Shown here: positions 18,607-29,019 of the stretch, one piece after another
How the letters are laid out: every line of letters starts with the position of its first letter
Numbering within the stretch: position 1 is the stretch's first letter
Source: Dehalococcoidia bacterium
Lineage (GTDB): Bacteria > Chloroflexota > Dehalococcoidia > UBA2979
Assembly (NCBI GenBank): GCA_965219085.1
Contig: OZ244720.1
Coordinates: 1,920,001-1,984,000 of the forward strand
Direction of reading: 5' to 3'
Length of the DNA: 64,000 nucleotides
Notes under the pieces: generated by a model
The model's input: only the letters and a program-made list of their open reading frames with translations
The model's database searches: none
Told to the model about the DNA's origin: nothing
Translations under genes and position numbers: made by a program

Positions 18607-19784
18607 GGATGGTCTGAACAACTCGCCTGAGCGGGTGAGCGGATGCGATCATGGGGTGCGGACCCGGAGAGAGGCGCCCCATGCAGCAGCGTTCGTTCGG
18701 CAGCGTCGAGTACGAGCACAAGAAGGTCAAGACACGGCGGCAGACGTTCCTCGAGCGCATGGACAGGCTCGTCCCCTAGGCTGAGCTGGAGCAGCGCATC
18801 GCGCCCGTCTACCCGAAGCCGGGCCGCGGACGCCGTCCCTACCCGCTGCGCGTGATGCTGCGCATCCACTGCCTGCAGCTCTGGTTCAATCTCAGCGACC
18901 CCGGCATGGAGCAGGAACTCTACGACTCCCGCTCGATGCTCGAGTTCGCCGGTCTCAGCCTCTCCGAGCCGATTCCCGATGAGACGACGATCCTCCATTT
19001 CCGCCACCTACTGGAGCGTCATCAGCTGGGAACGGCGCTGTTCGCGACGATCAACGCGCATCTGGCACGGCAGGGGCTGCAGGTGCGCGAGGGGACGATC
19101 GTCGACTCCACGATCATCAGCGCGCCGTCCTCGACGAAGAACCGGGAACGGGCGCGCGACCCCGAGATGCATCAGACCAGCAAGGGCCGGCAGTGGTTCT
19201 TCGGGATGAAGCTGCACAGCGGCACGGATGCGCGGACGGGGCTGGTCCACAGCCTGCACACGACGGCGGCGAACGTCTCCGACGTGAGCGAGGCGCATCG
19301 CCTGTTGCACGGCGCTGAGAGCGCGGTGTGGGGCGATGCCGGCTACCAGGGAGTGGAGAAGCGCCCGGAGCACGCGGGGTCGGAGCTGAGCTGGCAGGTG
19401 GCGATGCGCCCGGGTCTCAGGCGGCGGCTGGCGCCGGGGGGCGCTGAGGCGCAGGCGGAGCGGCGGAAGGCCTCGCTGCGAGCGAAGGCGGAGCATCCGT
19501 TTCTCTACGTGAAGCGGCACTTCGGATACGCGAAGGTGCGCTACCGGGGTCTTGAGAAGAACCGCCAGCGTCTCGCGCTGCTGCTCGGCTTCGCGAACCT
19601 GTTGCGAGCCGAGCCTCAGCTCGCGTGATCGCGGGAGCGCTGCGTCCGGAATCGCTCGTGCGGGCGATCCCGCAGCGGAATCGGGGCGGGATCGCCCCCT
19701 GAACCGCGGCAACGGCCCCGCAGCGCAGCGCGGTACGCCGATCGACCCGCACCGCGCCCGATACGCCACCTGTTCAGATCATCC
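18607..19784 (+). mobile_element. IS5-family element
   Basis: IRs GGATGGTCTGAACA / TGTTCAGATCATCC, flanked by TTAG and CTAG. Confidence 0.88.
18681..19628 (+). pseudogene. IS5-family transposase with premature stop (TAG at 18777-18779, at a typical Trp position)
   Basis: MQQRSFGSVEY...RLVP*AELEQRIAP...; IVDSTII, RDPEMHQTSKG, WGDAGYQG, RAKAEHPF. Confidence 0.88.
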
Positions 19785-19788
19785 CTAG

Positions 19789-20964
19789 TGTCCTGAGTTG
19801 TTAACGCGATAAACAAGCGGGTATGATGTTGGTACAGCGGGGTGTTGCCCGTGTGGGGCAGACGCTGGAGTGTCATGAGTACCCGACTTGGCCGGCCGAC
19901 GGTGGCGGTTGTACTGAGCGACGATGAGCGTGAGACGCTGGAACGGTGGGCGCGCCGACCGACATCAGCTCAGGCGTTGGCGCTGCGCTGCCGGATCGTG
20001 CTTGCTGTGGCAGAAGGGACCCCGAATACCGAGATCGCCGCGGCGCTTGGTTGCCATCCGGTGACCGCGGGCAAATGGCGCAGACGCTTTGCGCAGCGGC
20101 GGCTCGATGGACTGAGCGATGAGCCGCGCCCCGGTGCACCGCGCACGATCAGCGACGCCCAGATTGAAGCGGTGATCGTCAAGACACTGGAAGAACAACC
20201 GCACAACGCGACGCAGTGGTCGACCAGATCGATGGCCGCCGCGGTGGGGATGTCGCAGACGGCGATCTCCAAGATCTGGCGCGCCTTTGGCCTCAAGCCA
20301 CACCTCGTGGAGCACTTCAAGCTGTCGCCGGACCCGCAGTTCATCGACAAGGTGCGCGACGTGGCTGGACTCTATCTCAACCCACCGGAGGCAGCGGTCG
20401 TCTTGTGTGTTGACGAGAAGACCCAGATCCAGGCACTCGACCGCACCGCCCGATGCTGCCGATGATGCCGAGCGTTCCGCGACGCCAGACCCACGACTAC
20501 GTCCGTCACGGCGCCACCAATCTCTACGCGGCGCTTGACGCCGCCTCGGGCCACGTGATCGCGGACATGACCCCGCGACACCGTGCCCGGGAGTTCAAGC
20601 AGTTCCTCACCCTCATCGACCGCAGCGTGCCCGACGAACTCGCGATGCATGTCGTGTTGGACAACGTCGCCACGCACCGCACCCCGGAGATCCAGCGCTG
20701 GCTGCGGCGTCATCCCCGGTTCACGTTTCATTTCACCCCGGCCTACAGCTCCTGGATGAACCTCGTGGAGCGCTGGTTCGCGGAGCTCACCACCAAATGG
20801 CTCAGGCGCGGCACTCATCACGGCGTCGCTGACCTGATCCGTGCAGTGGAGGCCTGGGTCGCCGACTGGAACGAGCACCCGCGCCCCTTCATCTGGCACA
20901 AGACCGCCGACCAAATCTTCGACAACCTCACCGGATATCTCAATCGCATTCCCAACTCAGGACA
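19789..20964 (+). mobile_element. IS630-family element
   Basis: IRs TGTCCTGAGTT / AACTCAGGACA with CTAG on both sides. Confidence 0.9.
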
Positions 20965-20968
20965 CTAG
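19875..20968 (+). pseudogene. IS630-family transposase with frameshift near 20450
   Basis: HTH; VLCVDEKTQIQALDR, then another frame: HDYVRHG, VVLDN, FTPAYSSWMNLVERWF. Confidence 0.88.
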
Positions 20969-20969
20969 C

Positions 20970-22544
20970 TGAGGCTGTCGCACAAACCCCCGAGCGAGGT
21001 GGCATCACAGTAGGATGAGCATGGCGGCGGGGGGCGGAGTGACTCCGAGGTGCCGCCATGACCCAGCGCTTCCTGCCGTGCGAGCGTGACCAGCAATACC
21101 TGATGCCCGCCAGCCTCCGCGACTGGCTGCCCGAGGACCACCTCACGTGGTTCGTGCTCGATGCGGTCAGCCAGCTCGATCTCACGGCGTTCTACGCGCG
21201 CTACCGCGAGGACGGTTGGGGGCGGAAGGCGTACGAGCCCTCAATGATGGTCGCGCTCCTGCTCTATGCCTACTGCGAGGGCGAGCGCTCGAGCCGCCAG
21301 ATCGAACGGCGCTGCCGCGAGGACATCGCCTTCCGCGTGCTGACCGCGAACCAGCAGCCCGACCACGCCACGATCTGCCGCTTCCGCCAGCAGCACGAGC
21401 AAGCGCTGGCGGGACTGTTCGCCGGGGTGCTCAGGCTGTGCGCCGAGGCGGGTCTGTTGCGGGTCGGCGTGGTCGCGCTCGACGGCACCAAACTCCGCGC
21501 GAACGCCAGCCGTGAGCGCAACCGCACGGATGCGGAGCTTGAGGCCGAGGTGCGGCGCATCCTCGCCGAGGCGGAGCGGGTGGACGCCGAGGAGCACGCG
21601 CGCGGCGACGCGCGGGGCGACGAGTTGCCTGCGGGGTTCAGGGACCGCGGGGAGCGCCTGCAGCGGCTGCGCGAGGCGCGGGAGCGGCTGGCGGCCCGTG
21701 AGCGGGAGCGCCAGGAGGACTACGAGGAACGCCTCAGGAGCCGCGCGCAGAAGGACCGGCGCGGGCGCCGCCCGCAGCCGCCGCAGCCCGGCCCGGGTGC
21801 GAAGGTGAACGTCACTGACCCGGACAGCCGCGTGGTGCGCGACTATCACGGCTACTTCCAGGGCTACAACGTGCAGGCGGTGACGAGTAGCGACCAGATC
21901 ATCGTCGTGGCCGAGGTGACACGTGCGGCGACGGACATGCACGAACTACAGCCGATGATCGAGGCAACGAACCCCACCTGCAGGCCGCACACTGCGGGCC
22001 GCCGCGCGTGCTGCTGGCCGACGCCGGCTACTACTCCGAGGCGAACGTGCGGCAGGCCGAAGGCAGGGGTCCGGAGTTGCTGCTCGCGACCCGCAGCGAC
22101 CGCAACCGGCGCGCCCGCGCAGCGCCGCCGCGCGGGCGCATCCCTGCCGGGCTCTCCGTACGTGAACGGATGGATCGCAAGCTGGCGACGCAGCGTGGCC
22201 GGCGTCTCTACGAGCAGCGGCGCTGGATGATCGAACCCGTCTTCGGCGACATCAAGGAGAACCGCGGCATCCGCCGCTTCATGCGGCGCGGGATCGTCGC
22301 GTGCGCCAGCGAATGGAAGCTGATCGCCGCCACCCACAACCTCAAGAAGCTCTATCGTCGGGCGCGCCCGTCACCCCGGCCAGCGAACAGCAACCCCCGA
22401 CGAGGAGACCGGGCTACCGCCGCCGCTGCCGCGTAGCGCGCCTGCCCCGCCAGACACGACCGCTCCGCGCCAACTGCCAACTGCCAACTGCCGACCGGCT
22501 ACCCTTTTGGCACTCCGCCCACGCGACTCCGTGCGACAGCCTCA
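20970..22544 (+). mobile_element. IS1182-family element
   Basis: IRs TGAGGCTGTCGCAC / GTGCGACAGCCTCA. Inserted at the left end of a MITE. Confidence 0.85.
21058..22436 (+). pseudogene. IS1182-family transposase, frameshift near 21975
   Basis: WLPEDHL, SSRQIE, PDHATICRFR, ALDGTKLRANAS, TDPDSR; then LLADAGYYSE, IEPVFGDIK. Confidence 0.88.
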
Positions 22545-22545
22545 G

Positions 22546-22696
22546 CAGGGTGATGAAAAACCCCTGAAGTCGGGAAACGGAGCGTTTCGCGGCACTGCGG
22601 CGCTCGGAAAAACCCTTGAAAACAAAGGGTTTCTCGGTAGCCGCACGCAGTCGATTCCGGGCCGAGACCGTTCCAGACGACCTTTTCAGCACCCTG
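22546..22696. mobile_element. MITE, copy 1 (IS5-type ends)
   Basis: Ends CAGGGTGATGAAAAA / TTTTCAGCACCCTG plus CTAG. Homologous to 63505-63654. Ends match the IS5 at 50839-54583. Confidence 0.85.
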
Positions 22697-25600
22697 CTAG
22701 TTCCCCGCCGCCCTGTCCCCGCCGGCGTCGCCCATGGGCGGCTGGGTGCTCTTGGCGATTAGTGGCGTGATGGACGTCAGGCCGTCGGCGAACAACTCCC
22801 TGAACTCGCCGTTCACAGAGTCCGGCGCTTCGAGGATGTAGGCGACGAACTCACCGTCGTGCAGGGCGTAGAGGGCCGTGATGTCCGAGCTCTGCGCGCA
22901 GACCACGAGAGTATCGACGCTACCGCCCTCGTAGATGACCAGGCTGAAGCCCTCGACGATGTCGCCGCGCAGGCACTCGGGCCACGGCAGCAGGGCACCG
23001 TCGCCGAGGTTCGGGTCGGTTGAAGGGGGTCCGTTGCTCCCGGCGACGAGCGGCGTGACCGGGAGAACGCCATCGGCGAACAGCTCGACGAAGGGCCGGT
23101 TCACGAACTCCGGCGCTCCGAGGATGTACGAGACGTGGACGCCGCCGTGCAGCGCGTAGAGGGCCGCGACATCGCGGCTCTCCGCGCACCGGGCCAGGTC
23201 CTCGACGCTGCCGCCCTCATAGACGACGAGGCTGAAGCCCTCGGCGATGGCGCCGCGCAGGCAGTGCGTCCAGGGCTCCGGCGTCGCCTCCCGCTCCGGG
23301 TCTCCCAGCACCACGCGGTAGCTGCGCCTGCGGCTGCCGTCCGCCGATGTGACAGTGACCGTGATCTCACCGACGCCCTCCAGCGCCACCTGGTAGCCGT
23401 TCGCTTCGTCCCCGTCGGCGTCGACCGGATCGATCTCGACCACTGCGCGTCGCTGCACCGCGGATGCCTCGACCGCTGTCTCAGTCACGCCCTCGCCCGC
23501 ACTGCCCTCGTAGTCGATCCTGCCGGGGTCGAACTCCCCGAAGTCGACGCCGCTCAGGGTCAGCGATGCGAGGCGGGCGTCGATGGCGTCCGGCATGTTG
23601 TAGCTGTAGACCTTGTCGTCGCTCTCGTCGGCCACGTACATGACGTCGCCGTCGGACCAGATGCCGCGCGGGCTGTTGTTACTAGCCCGGCTCAGCACCG
23701 TGTTGGGGAACTCCTCGTCGCGGTTCCGATCGAGTTCGTCCTCGCCGTCTTCGCCTGCCTTGAGCCGGTAGGCGAAGAGCCGCTTCTCGCCATGGTCGGA
23801 GACCCAGAAGGTGACGCCGTCGAAGAAGAGGCCGTGGGGATCGCCGTTGGCAGAGGCGAGGGCGTACTCGGCGAGCTGCTCGCCGCCTGCGAGGTCGTAG
23901 GCGAAGAGACTGTCCTTCCCCCCATCCAGCACCCACATCGTCTCGCCGTCGGACCAGATGCCGCGGGGGTCGGCGTTGCGGTCGTCGAGTTCGATGTCGC
24001 GTTCGGGGAGGCGCTCGCCGGTCTCGAGGTCGTGGGCGAAGAGGCGCTCCTGGCCGCTGTCGGAGACCCAGAGGACCTGGCGGTCGGACCAGACGCCGCG
24101 GGGAGCGCGGTTGCGCTCGTCGAGCTCGAACTCGCGCTCCTCGATGCGTTCGCCGCTCTGGAGGTCGTAAGCGTAGATGGCGTCGTCGGCGCCATCGCCG
24201 TTCTCGGCGATCCAGAGCACGGCGCCGTCGGACCAGGCGCCGGTGGGCGAGTCGTGGGTCGAGTCGAGCGCCTCGATGTCGCGCTTCACCGTCCACTCGA
24301 AGTCGACGATGCTCGGCGAGGGCCCGGACGGTCCCCCGCCGCCACCACCGCCTCCGCCACCACCGCCTCCACCGCCGCCGCCGGGATCACCGCCGCCGCC
24401 GGTGGTGATCGCCGTGCCGGCCGTGACGGTGATGGTCAGGTCGGTGCTCGCTGCCCCGCCCTTCTGGTCGTCGGCGGTGACTGTGGCCGTGTACGTGGGC
24501 CGCGTGGCGGCGTCCAGCACCGTCCCGGGACGGACCGTGACCTGGCCCGTGTGCTCCTCGATCTCGAAGTCCACAGCAGCGGCGCCGGTCAGCCGGTAGG
24601 CGAGTGTGTCGGCGTCTACGTCCGTGGCGGTGACCGGCGCGCCGACATTAGCCCCGGGCTGTGCGTTCTCGGAGACAGAGCGCTCGGCCGTGGCTGCACG
24701 GAACTCCGGGGGGTCGTTCACCGACCGAATGGTGACCGAGACCGTGCCCTCATCGGAGAACATCCCGTCTGAGACGGTGTAGGTGAAGGCGTCGGCGCCG
24801 TGGTAGTTGGGCTTCGGCGTGTAGCTGATGGTGTCGTCCGTCTCCACCGTCGCCAGGCCGTTGCCGGGCCAGTTGCGCAAGCTGACGGTCAGGTCGTCGT
24901 TCTCGGGGTCGTCGTCGTTGGTGAGGACATCGATGGTCACCGCCTCGTCCTCGTCGGTAGCGCCCGTGTCGTCGACCGCCTCCGGGGCCTCGTTCACGTC
25001 GGTGACGGTGATGTCGACGACGATGCTGTCGGTGACGTTGGATGAGTCGGTGGCGGTGACGGTCACGGAGTATGCGACTCCCGATTCGAAATCCAGCAGG
25101 GTGCCCTCACGCACCCGGATCTGGCCGCTGCCGCCGTCGACGGTGAAGGAGTCCACGTCGCCGGCAGTGAGGGCGTAGGTCAGCGCGCCGGCGTCGGTGG
25201 CGGTGACCGGTTCGCCGACTGCGGCTCCCGGGGCCGAGTTCTCGTCGACGGAGCGCGTCGTGCTCGCGCCGGGGAACTGTGGGGGGCTGTTCGTCTGCGG
25301 CGGCTCCTGCGTCCGGTGGTCCGAGTCTTCCCGCACGCTCTTGCCGTCGCCCTCCCCGTCGCCGTACGAGGCGGTAGCCCGCAGGTAGTGGTTGAGGTCG
25401 GCCTCGACCGGCGCGTAGGAGCGAGTCCCGGCCCCGCCGATGGCCGACCAGGTGCTTCGGTTCTGCGAGCGCTCCCACGTCCATGAGCGGCCGGTGATGC
25501 CTCCGTCCGGATCCGTCAGGCTCGCCGTGAGGACGGCTCCTACCTGCGGCTGCTCTGAGGACAGGCGGAGCGTTCCCGGTTCTTCCTCGTTCGTGACGGT

Positions 25601-28540
25601 GACCGTCACCGCATGCGCGACCGTGTTCGCGCCGTCCGAGGCGCGCACCGTCACCGAGTACTCATTGTTCCCGCCCGCGTCCGTGGGGGACTCGAAATTC
25701 GGGGTCACGACGAGGCTGAGCACTCCGTTGCTGAATGTGAAGTCGTCGCGGTCCGTTCCCGCGAGCGTCTCCCAGATGACCGTGCCACCCTCGGGGTCCG
25801 TGGCGGTGTAGGTGGCGACCGTCTTTGTGTCGTTCTCGGCATAGGGAACGCTTGCGGGCCCGCTGATGACCGGGGGCTCGTTCACGTTCGTGACGGTGAC
25901 GGTCACGTCCAGCGCGCCCGTCAAGCCACCGTCGGAGGCGCGCAGCGTGACCTCGTACCGGTTGTCCCGGTTGGCGTCGGCCCGCGCGTCGAAGTCGGGC
26001 ACTGCCGTGAAGCTCAAGTCGCCGGCATCGGTTAACTCGAAGTGGCTGCGGTCGGGGCCGGAGAGGGTGCTCCAACTCGTCGTGGCTTCTTCCGGGTCCG
26101 TGGCACGGTAGCGCCCCACGTAGTCGGTGCTGTTCTCCTCGATGGTGACGTGGGCCTCGCCCGTCACCTCCGGGGCTTCGGGGACATCGGTGATGGTGAT
26201 AGTCACGTCGAGAGTGCCCGTCAGGCTGCCGTCGGAGGCGCGTAGCGTGATCTGGTACACGTTCTGACCTTCGTGGTCGGGCGCTGCCTTGAACGTGAGC
26301 ACGCCGCTCGCGCTGAGTTCGAAGGCGCCGCTGTCGGGTCCCGCGAGCGGCAGCCAGGTTACCGGGCCGCCCTCGGGGTCGGTGGCGCTGTAGTTGCCGA
26401 TATCATGCGTGCCACCCTCCTCGTAGTTCACGCTGGAGGGGCCGACGACGACCGGCGCCTCGTTTGGCGGAGTCTCATTCTTCACGGCTCTGTCCGTGAG
26501 CGCCGGTGCCTTGTGCCCGGTGCTCCTCTTGGCGTGCCGAATCGCATTCGTGCCGGGCGTGTAACTCACCGTCACCGCCTGACCCTCCATCACCGCCGAA
26601 GCCAGCGCGAGGGTCACTGAGTCTTCGTTGATCGCGACCGTGGAAACATCCCGCCCGGAGTCATCAACCTTCACCCGAAAGGAATCAGCCGGGGGCAGTA
26701 ACGCTTGGTCCAGACTCCCGACATACGAAAGCGTCAGGTCGGTGCCGTTCACTGTTGCATCCAGGAGGGTGGGCCGCCATCGCGGACGTGGCTCGGAAGC
26801 AGTCGCGGTGACCGACGACCACCGAATCTCCTGCCCTTTCTCTGGCATTGAGTCCAGAGCCGCCTGCAACGTTGTCCGGGCGGCGCTCGACTCCTCGTCG
26901 TCACCAGGCAGCGGTCGTAGTTCATGACGGTCTGCAGACACGTCAAAGAGCTCTCCCGGGCTGTAGAGCTTGTAGCGCTTGTCGCGCGCGTAGGACGACT
27001 CCGGGTGCGCAAAGGGCGAGTCGAATTCACTCACGTACGGCTGTGGGAAGTAGTAGGTGTATATCCAGTCGCGGGGCTGGCCGGGATTGCCTTGCAGCCT
27101 TTCCCAGAAGCTCACGCCGTCGAGCTCGTCACGGTTGGGGATTGTGAGGCCTGCCGCATCGGCCAGGGTCGGCAGGAAGTCGGTGAAGTCGATCAGGTCG
27201 TCGATGACCTGGCCACCCGCCGCCCCTGGAACCAACACGATCAGGGGTACGTGCGTCCCTCCGTCGGTTGGCATGCCCTTGTCCCCATGGATCGTCTCGC
27301 CATCGAGATGCGAAACTTTGGACGCCGGAGTCCCATTGTCGGAAGTGAACAGGAATACGGTGTTGTCGAGCAGCCCCAGGGCCTCAAGCTTGTCGTAGAC
27401 GCGCCCGACGTTGTAGTCGAGGTAGGCAACCATGTCCTCGAAGACGCACTGTGCGTCGTCGGCGTCGGCGCATTGCGCGATCGGGGGGAGGGAGTCAAAC
27501 GGATCGTGGGGAAGGAGCATCGAGTAGTAGGCGAAGAACGGCCTATTCCGGTTTGACTCGATAAAGTCCTGAAGGAAGCCCACCACTTCGTCTGGTCCGT
27601 AGTCGCTGCGGGCGTAATCGATGACCTGCCCGTCGCATTCGAATTTGGGCCTCCAGTAGCGCCTACTTGGGTTGTCCGAGTACCACAAACAGTACGTGTC
27701 GAATCCGGACTCGTCCGCCGCTACGCCGCTCAGGAAGTTGGTCCTCCCCTGCAGTTGCCACTTTCCGGCGATGGCGGTCGCGTATCCGGCGTCGCCAAAC
27801 AAGTCGGCGATCGTGTATTCGCCAGGGAGCAGCGTCCTCCTATCCACGTAGTTCCGGACATTGCTCATGCCCGTCATCAGGGCTACCCGGCTCGGGGTGG
27901 TGCCCGGCTTGGAGTAGGCGTGGGTGAAACGCACGCCGGCGGCGGCGATTCCGTCGAGCCGCGGCGTCCTGTACTGCGTGCTTCCATAGGCGCCGAATAG
28001 CTCGTATCCGCCCTCGTCCGCCACGATGAGAACAACGTTTGGGTCGTGGACGTCCGCTACGGTCACGGTGACTTCGATCGTGGCGCTGGCCCCGGCCGAA
28101 TCGGTGGCCCTCACGACCACGGTGTGCTCCGGCTTGCTCTCATGGTCCAGGGTGGTGTCGTTGGCCACCTGGAGTTGCCCGTCAGCGTTAATGCTGAAGG
28201 AGCCGCTGTCCGGCCCCTCAAGCGAGTAGGTGAGGGAAGTGTCCTCGACGTCCGTGGCTACGACCGGCTCGCCCACGACTGTACCAGCAGCTGAGTTCTC
28301 GGCGACTGAGCGGGTCGTCGCCATGGCGGTGAACGTCGGTGCCTGGTTCACCGGGGGCGTCTGGGCGTGAGCGGTTCGGGATACGGCGAGTAGGGCCGTG
28401 ACTAAGGCCAAAGCGTAGAGCCACGAGAGATTGGATGTGCGGGAGGGGCGCCTAGGCATGCGCCCGCCGGCGGGCGTGCCGTCCCCTGAGGCCACTGCGG
28501 CCATGAGATGAGCGCGTGGGGTGGTCCGCTTCGCCCGCAC
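22697..28540 (-). CDS. Giant secreted protein (1947 aa): signal peptide, cadherin, arylsulfatase-fold domain, SwmB-like repeat, cadherin/Ig repeats, poly-Gly linker, same beta-propeller and duplicated C-terminal domain as 4167-14996
   Basis: WLYALALVTALLAVSRTAHAQ; PNVVLIVADEGGY, YSKPGTTPSRVALMTG, AGKWQL, LPHDPF, FTSDNG, HVPLIV. C-terminal CLRG..EGFSLVVYEGGSV repeats. Exact start uncertain. Confidence 0.92.
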   Translation of the reverse strand: MRAKRTTPRAHLMAAVASGDGTPAGGRMPRRPSRTSNLSWLYALALVTALLAVSRTAHAQTPPVNQAPTFTAMATTRSVAENSAAGTVVGEPVVATDVEDTSLTYSLEGPDSGSFSINADGQLQVANDTTLDHESKPEHTVVVRATDSAGASATIEVTVTVADVHDPNVVLIVADEGGYELFGAYGSTQYRTPRLDGIAAAGVRFTHAYSKPGTTPSRVALMTGMSNVRNYVDRRTLLPGEYTIADLFGDAGYATAIAGKWQLQGRTNFLSGVAADESGFDTYCLWYSDNPSRRYWRPKFECDGQVIDYARSDYGPDEVVGFLQDFIESNRNRPFFAYYSMLLPHDPFDSLPPIAQCADADDAQCVFEDMVAYLDYNVGRVYDKLEALGLLDNTVFLFTSDNGTPASKVSHLDGETIHGDKGMPTDGGTHVPLIVLVPGAAGGQVIDDLIDFTDFLPTLADAAGLTIPNRDELDGVSFWERLQGNPGQPRDWIYTYYFPQPYVSEFDSPFAHPESSYARDKRYKLYSPGELFDVSADRHELRPLPGDDEESSAARTTLQAALDSMPEKGQEIRWSSVTATASEPRPRWRPTLLDATVNGTDLTLSYVGSLDQALLPPADSFRVKVDDSGRDVSTVAINEDSVTLALASAVMEGQAVTVSYTPGTNAIRHAKRSTGHKAPALTDRAVKNETPPNEAPVVVGPSSVNYEEGGTHDIGNYSATDPEGGPVTWLPLAGPDSGAFELSASGVLTFKAAPDHEGQNVYQITLRASDGSLTGTLDVTITITDVPEAPEVTGEAHVTIEENSTDYVGRYRATDPEEATTSWSTLSGPDRSHFELTDAGDLSFTAVPDFDARADANRDNRYEVTLRASDGGLTGALDVTVTVTNVNEPPVISGPASVPYAENDTKTVATYTATDPEGGTVIWETLAGTDRDDFTFSNGVLSLVVTPNFESPTDAGGNNEYSVTVRASDGANTVAHAVTVTVTNEEEPGTLRLSSEQPQVGAVLTASLTDPDGGITGRSWTWERSQNRSTWSAIGGAGTRSYAPVEADLNHYLRATASYGDGEGDGKSVREDSDHRTQEPPQTNSPPQFPGASTTRSVDENSAPGAAVGEPVTATDAGALTYALTAGDVDSFTVDGGSGQIRVREGTLLDFESGVAYSVTVTATDSSNVTDSIVVDITVTDVNEAPEAVDDTGATDEDEAVTIDVLTNDDDPENDDLTVSLRNWPGNGLATVETDDTISYTPKPNYHGADAFTYTVSDGMFSDEGTVSVTIRSVNDPPEFRAATAERSVSENAQPGANVGAPVTATDVDADTLAYRLTGAAAVDFEIEEHTGQVTVRPGTVLDAATRPTYTATVTADDQKGGAASTDLTITVTAGTAITTGGGGDPGGGGGGGGGGGGGGGGGPSGPSPSIVDFEWTVKRDIEALDSTHDSPTGAWSDGAVLWIAENGDGADDAIYAYDLQSGERIEEREFELDERNRAPRGVWSDRQVLWVSDSGQERLFAHDLETGERLPERDIELDDRNADPRGIWSDGETMWVLDGGKDSLFAYDLAGGEQLAEYALASANGDPHGLFFDGVTFWVSDHGEKRLFAYRLKAGEDGEDELDRNRDEEFPNTVLSRASNNSPRGIWSDGDVMYVADESDDKVYSYNMPDAIDARLASLTLSGVDFGEFDPGRIDYEGSAGEGVTETAVEASAVQRRAVVEIDPVDADGDEANGYQVALEGVGEITVTVTSADGSRRRSYRVVLGDPEREATPEPWTHCLRGAIAEGFSLVVYEGGSVEDLARCAESRDVAALYALHGGVHVSYILGAPEFVNRPFVELFADGVLPVTPLVAGSNGPPSTDPNLGDGALLPWPECLRGDIVEGFSLVIYEGGSVDTLVVCAQSSDITALYALHDGEFVAYILEAPDSVNGEFRELFADGLTSITPLIAKSTQPPMGDAGGDRAAGN

Positions 28541-28712
28541 TGCGGCAGGAGAGTTCCCGAAGGGTGGGCCTAGGGTTGGGCATGACCGTGGTCCTCGCGG
28601 TGTTCTTGGGTAGGCGCGGGTTGCACGGTGGGCAGACCGCCGAACAGGCGAGACTGCCGCGCGTTGTTGCTGGTGCTGTCATTGGCCGACAAGAGCGTCG
28701 CTTGCAGCCGGA

Positions 28713-29010
28713 CTAACTCTTCGGGACGCCGAAGTGCTCTCCCACCTCCCAGGAGTGGACGAGTCCCTCGGCTTGGGCCTCTTCGGTGTCGATGAGCAAC
28801 GCATGGGCGAAGTCCTTTGCCACTCGTTCGTAACGCTCGGTGAGATCCGTGTGGGTTCGCAGCCGGAGTGTGTTTGCCTGGGTGGAGGAGCCCGTGGGCG
28901 ATGCCGTGGGCGATCACCCGCCGCTGCCACTCGGGATCCACCCGCTCGGCTACGAGCACAACACCAACTGCTTGAGCACCTTGGGCGGCCACGGACGCAC
29001 CTCGAGCTGG
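28713..29010 (-). pseudogene. ImmA/IrrE-family (M78) metallopeptidase remnant
   Basis: VVLVAERVDPEWQRRVIAHGIAHGLLH (degenerate HExxH), then a shifted frame YERVAKDFAHALLID...VGEHFGVP. Confidence 0.6.
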
Positions 29011-29019
29011 ACCTGTACA

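Noticed and set aside
24330-24405. Poly-Gly trinucleotide repeat as a contingency locus
   Set aside because: Mixed Gly codons and in-frame units indicate a flexible linker; length changes would not switch expression.
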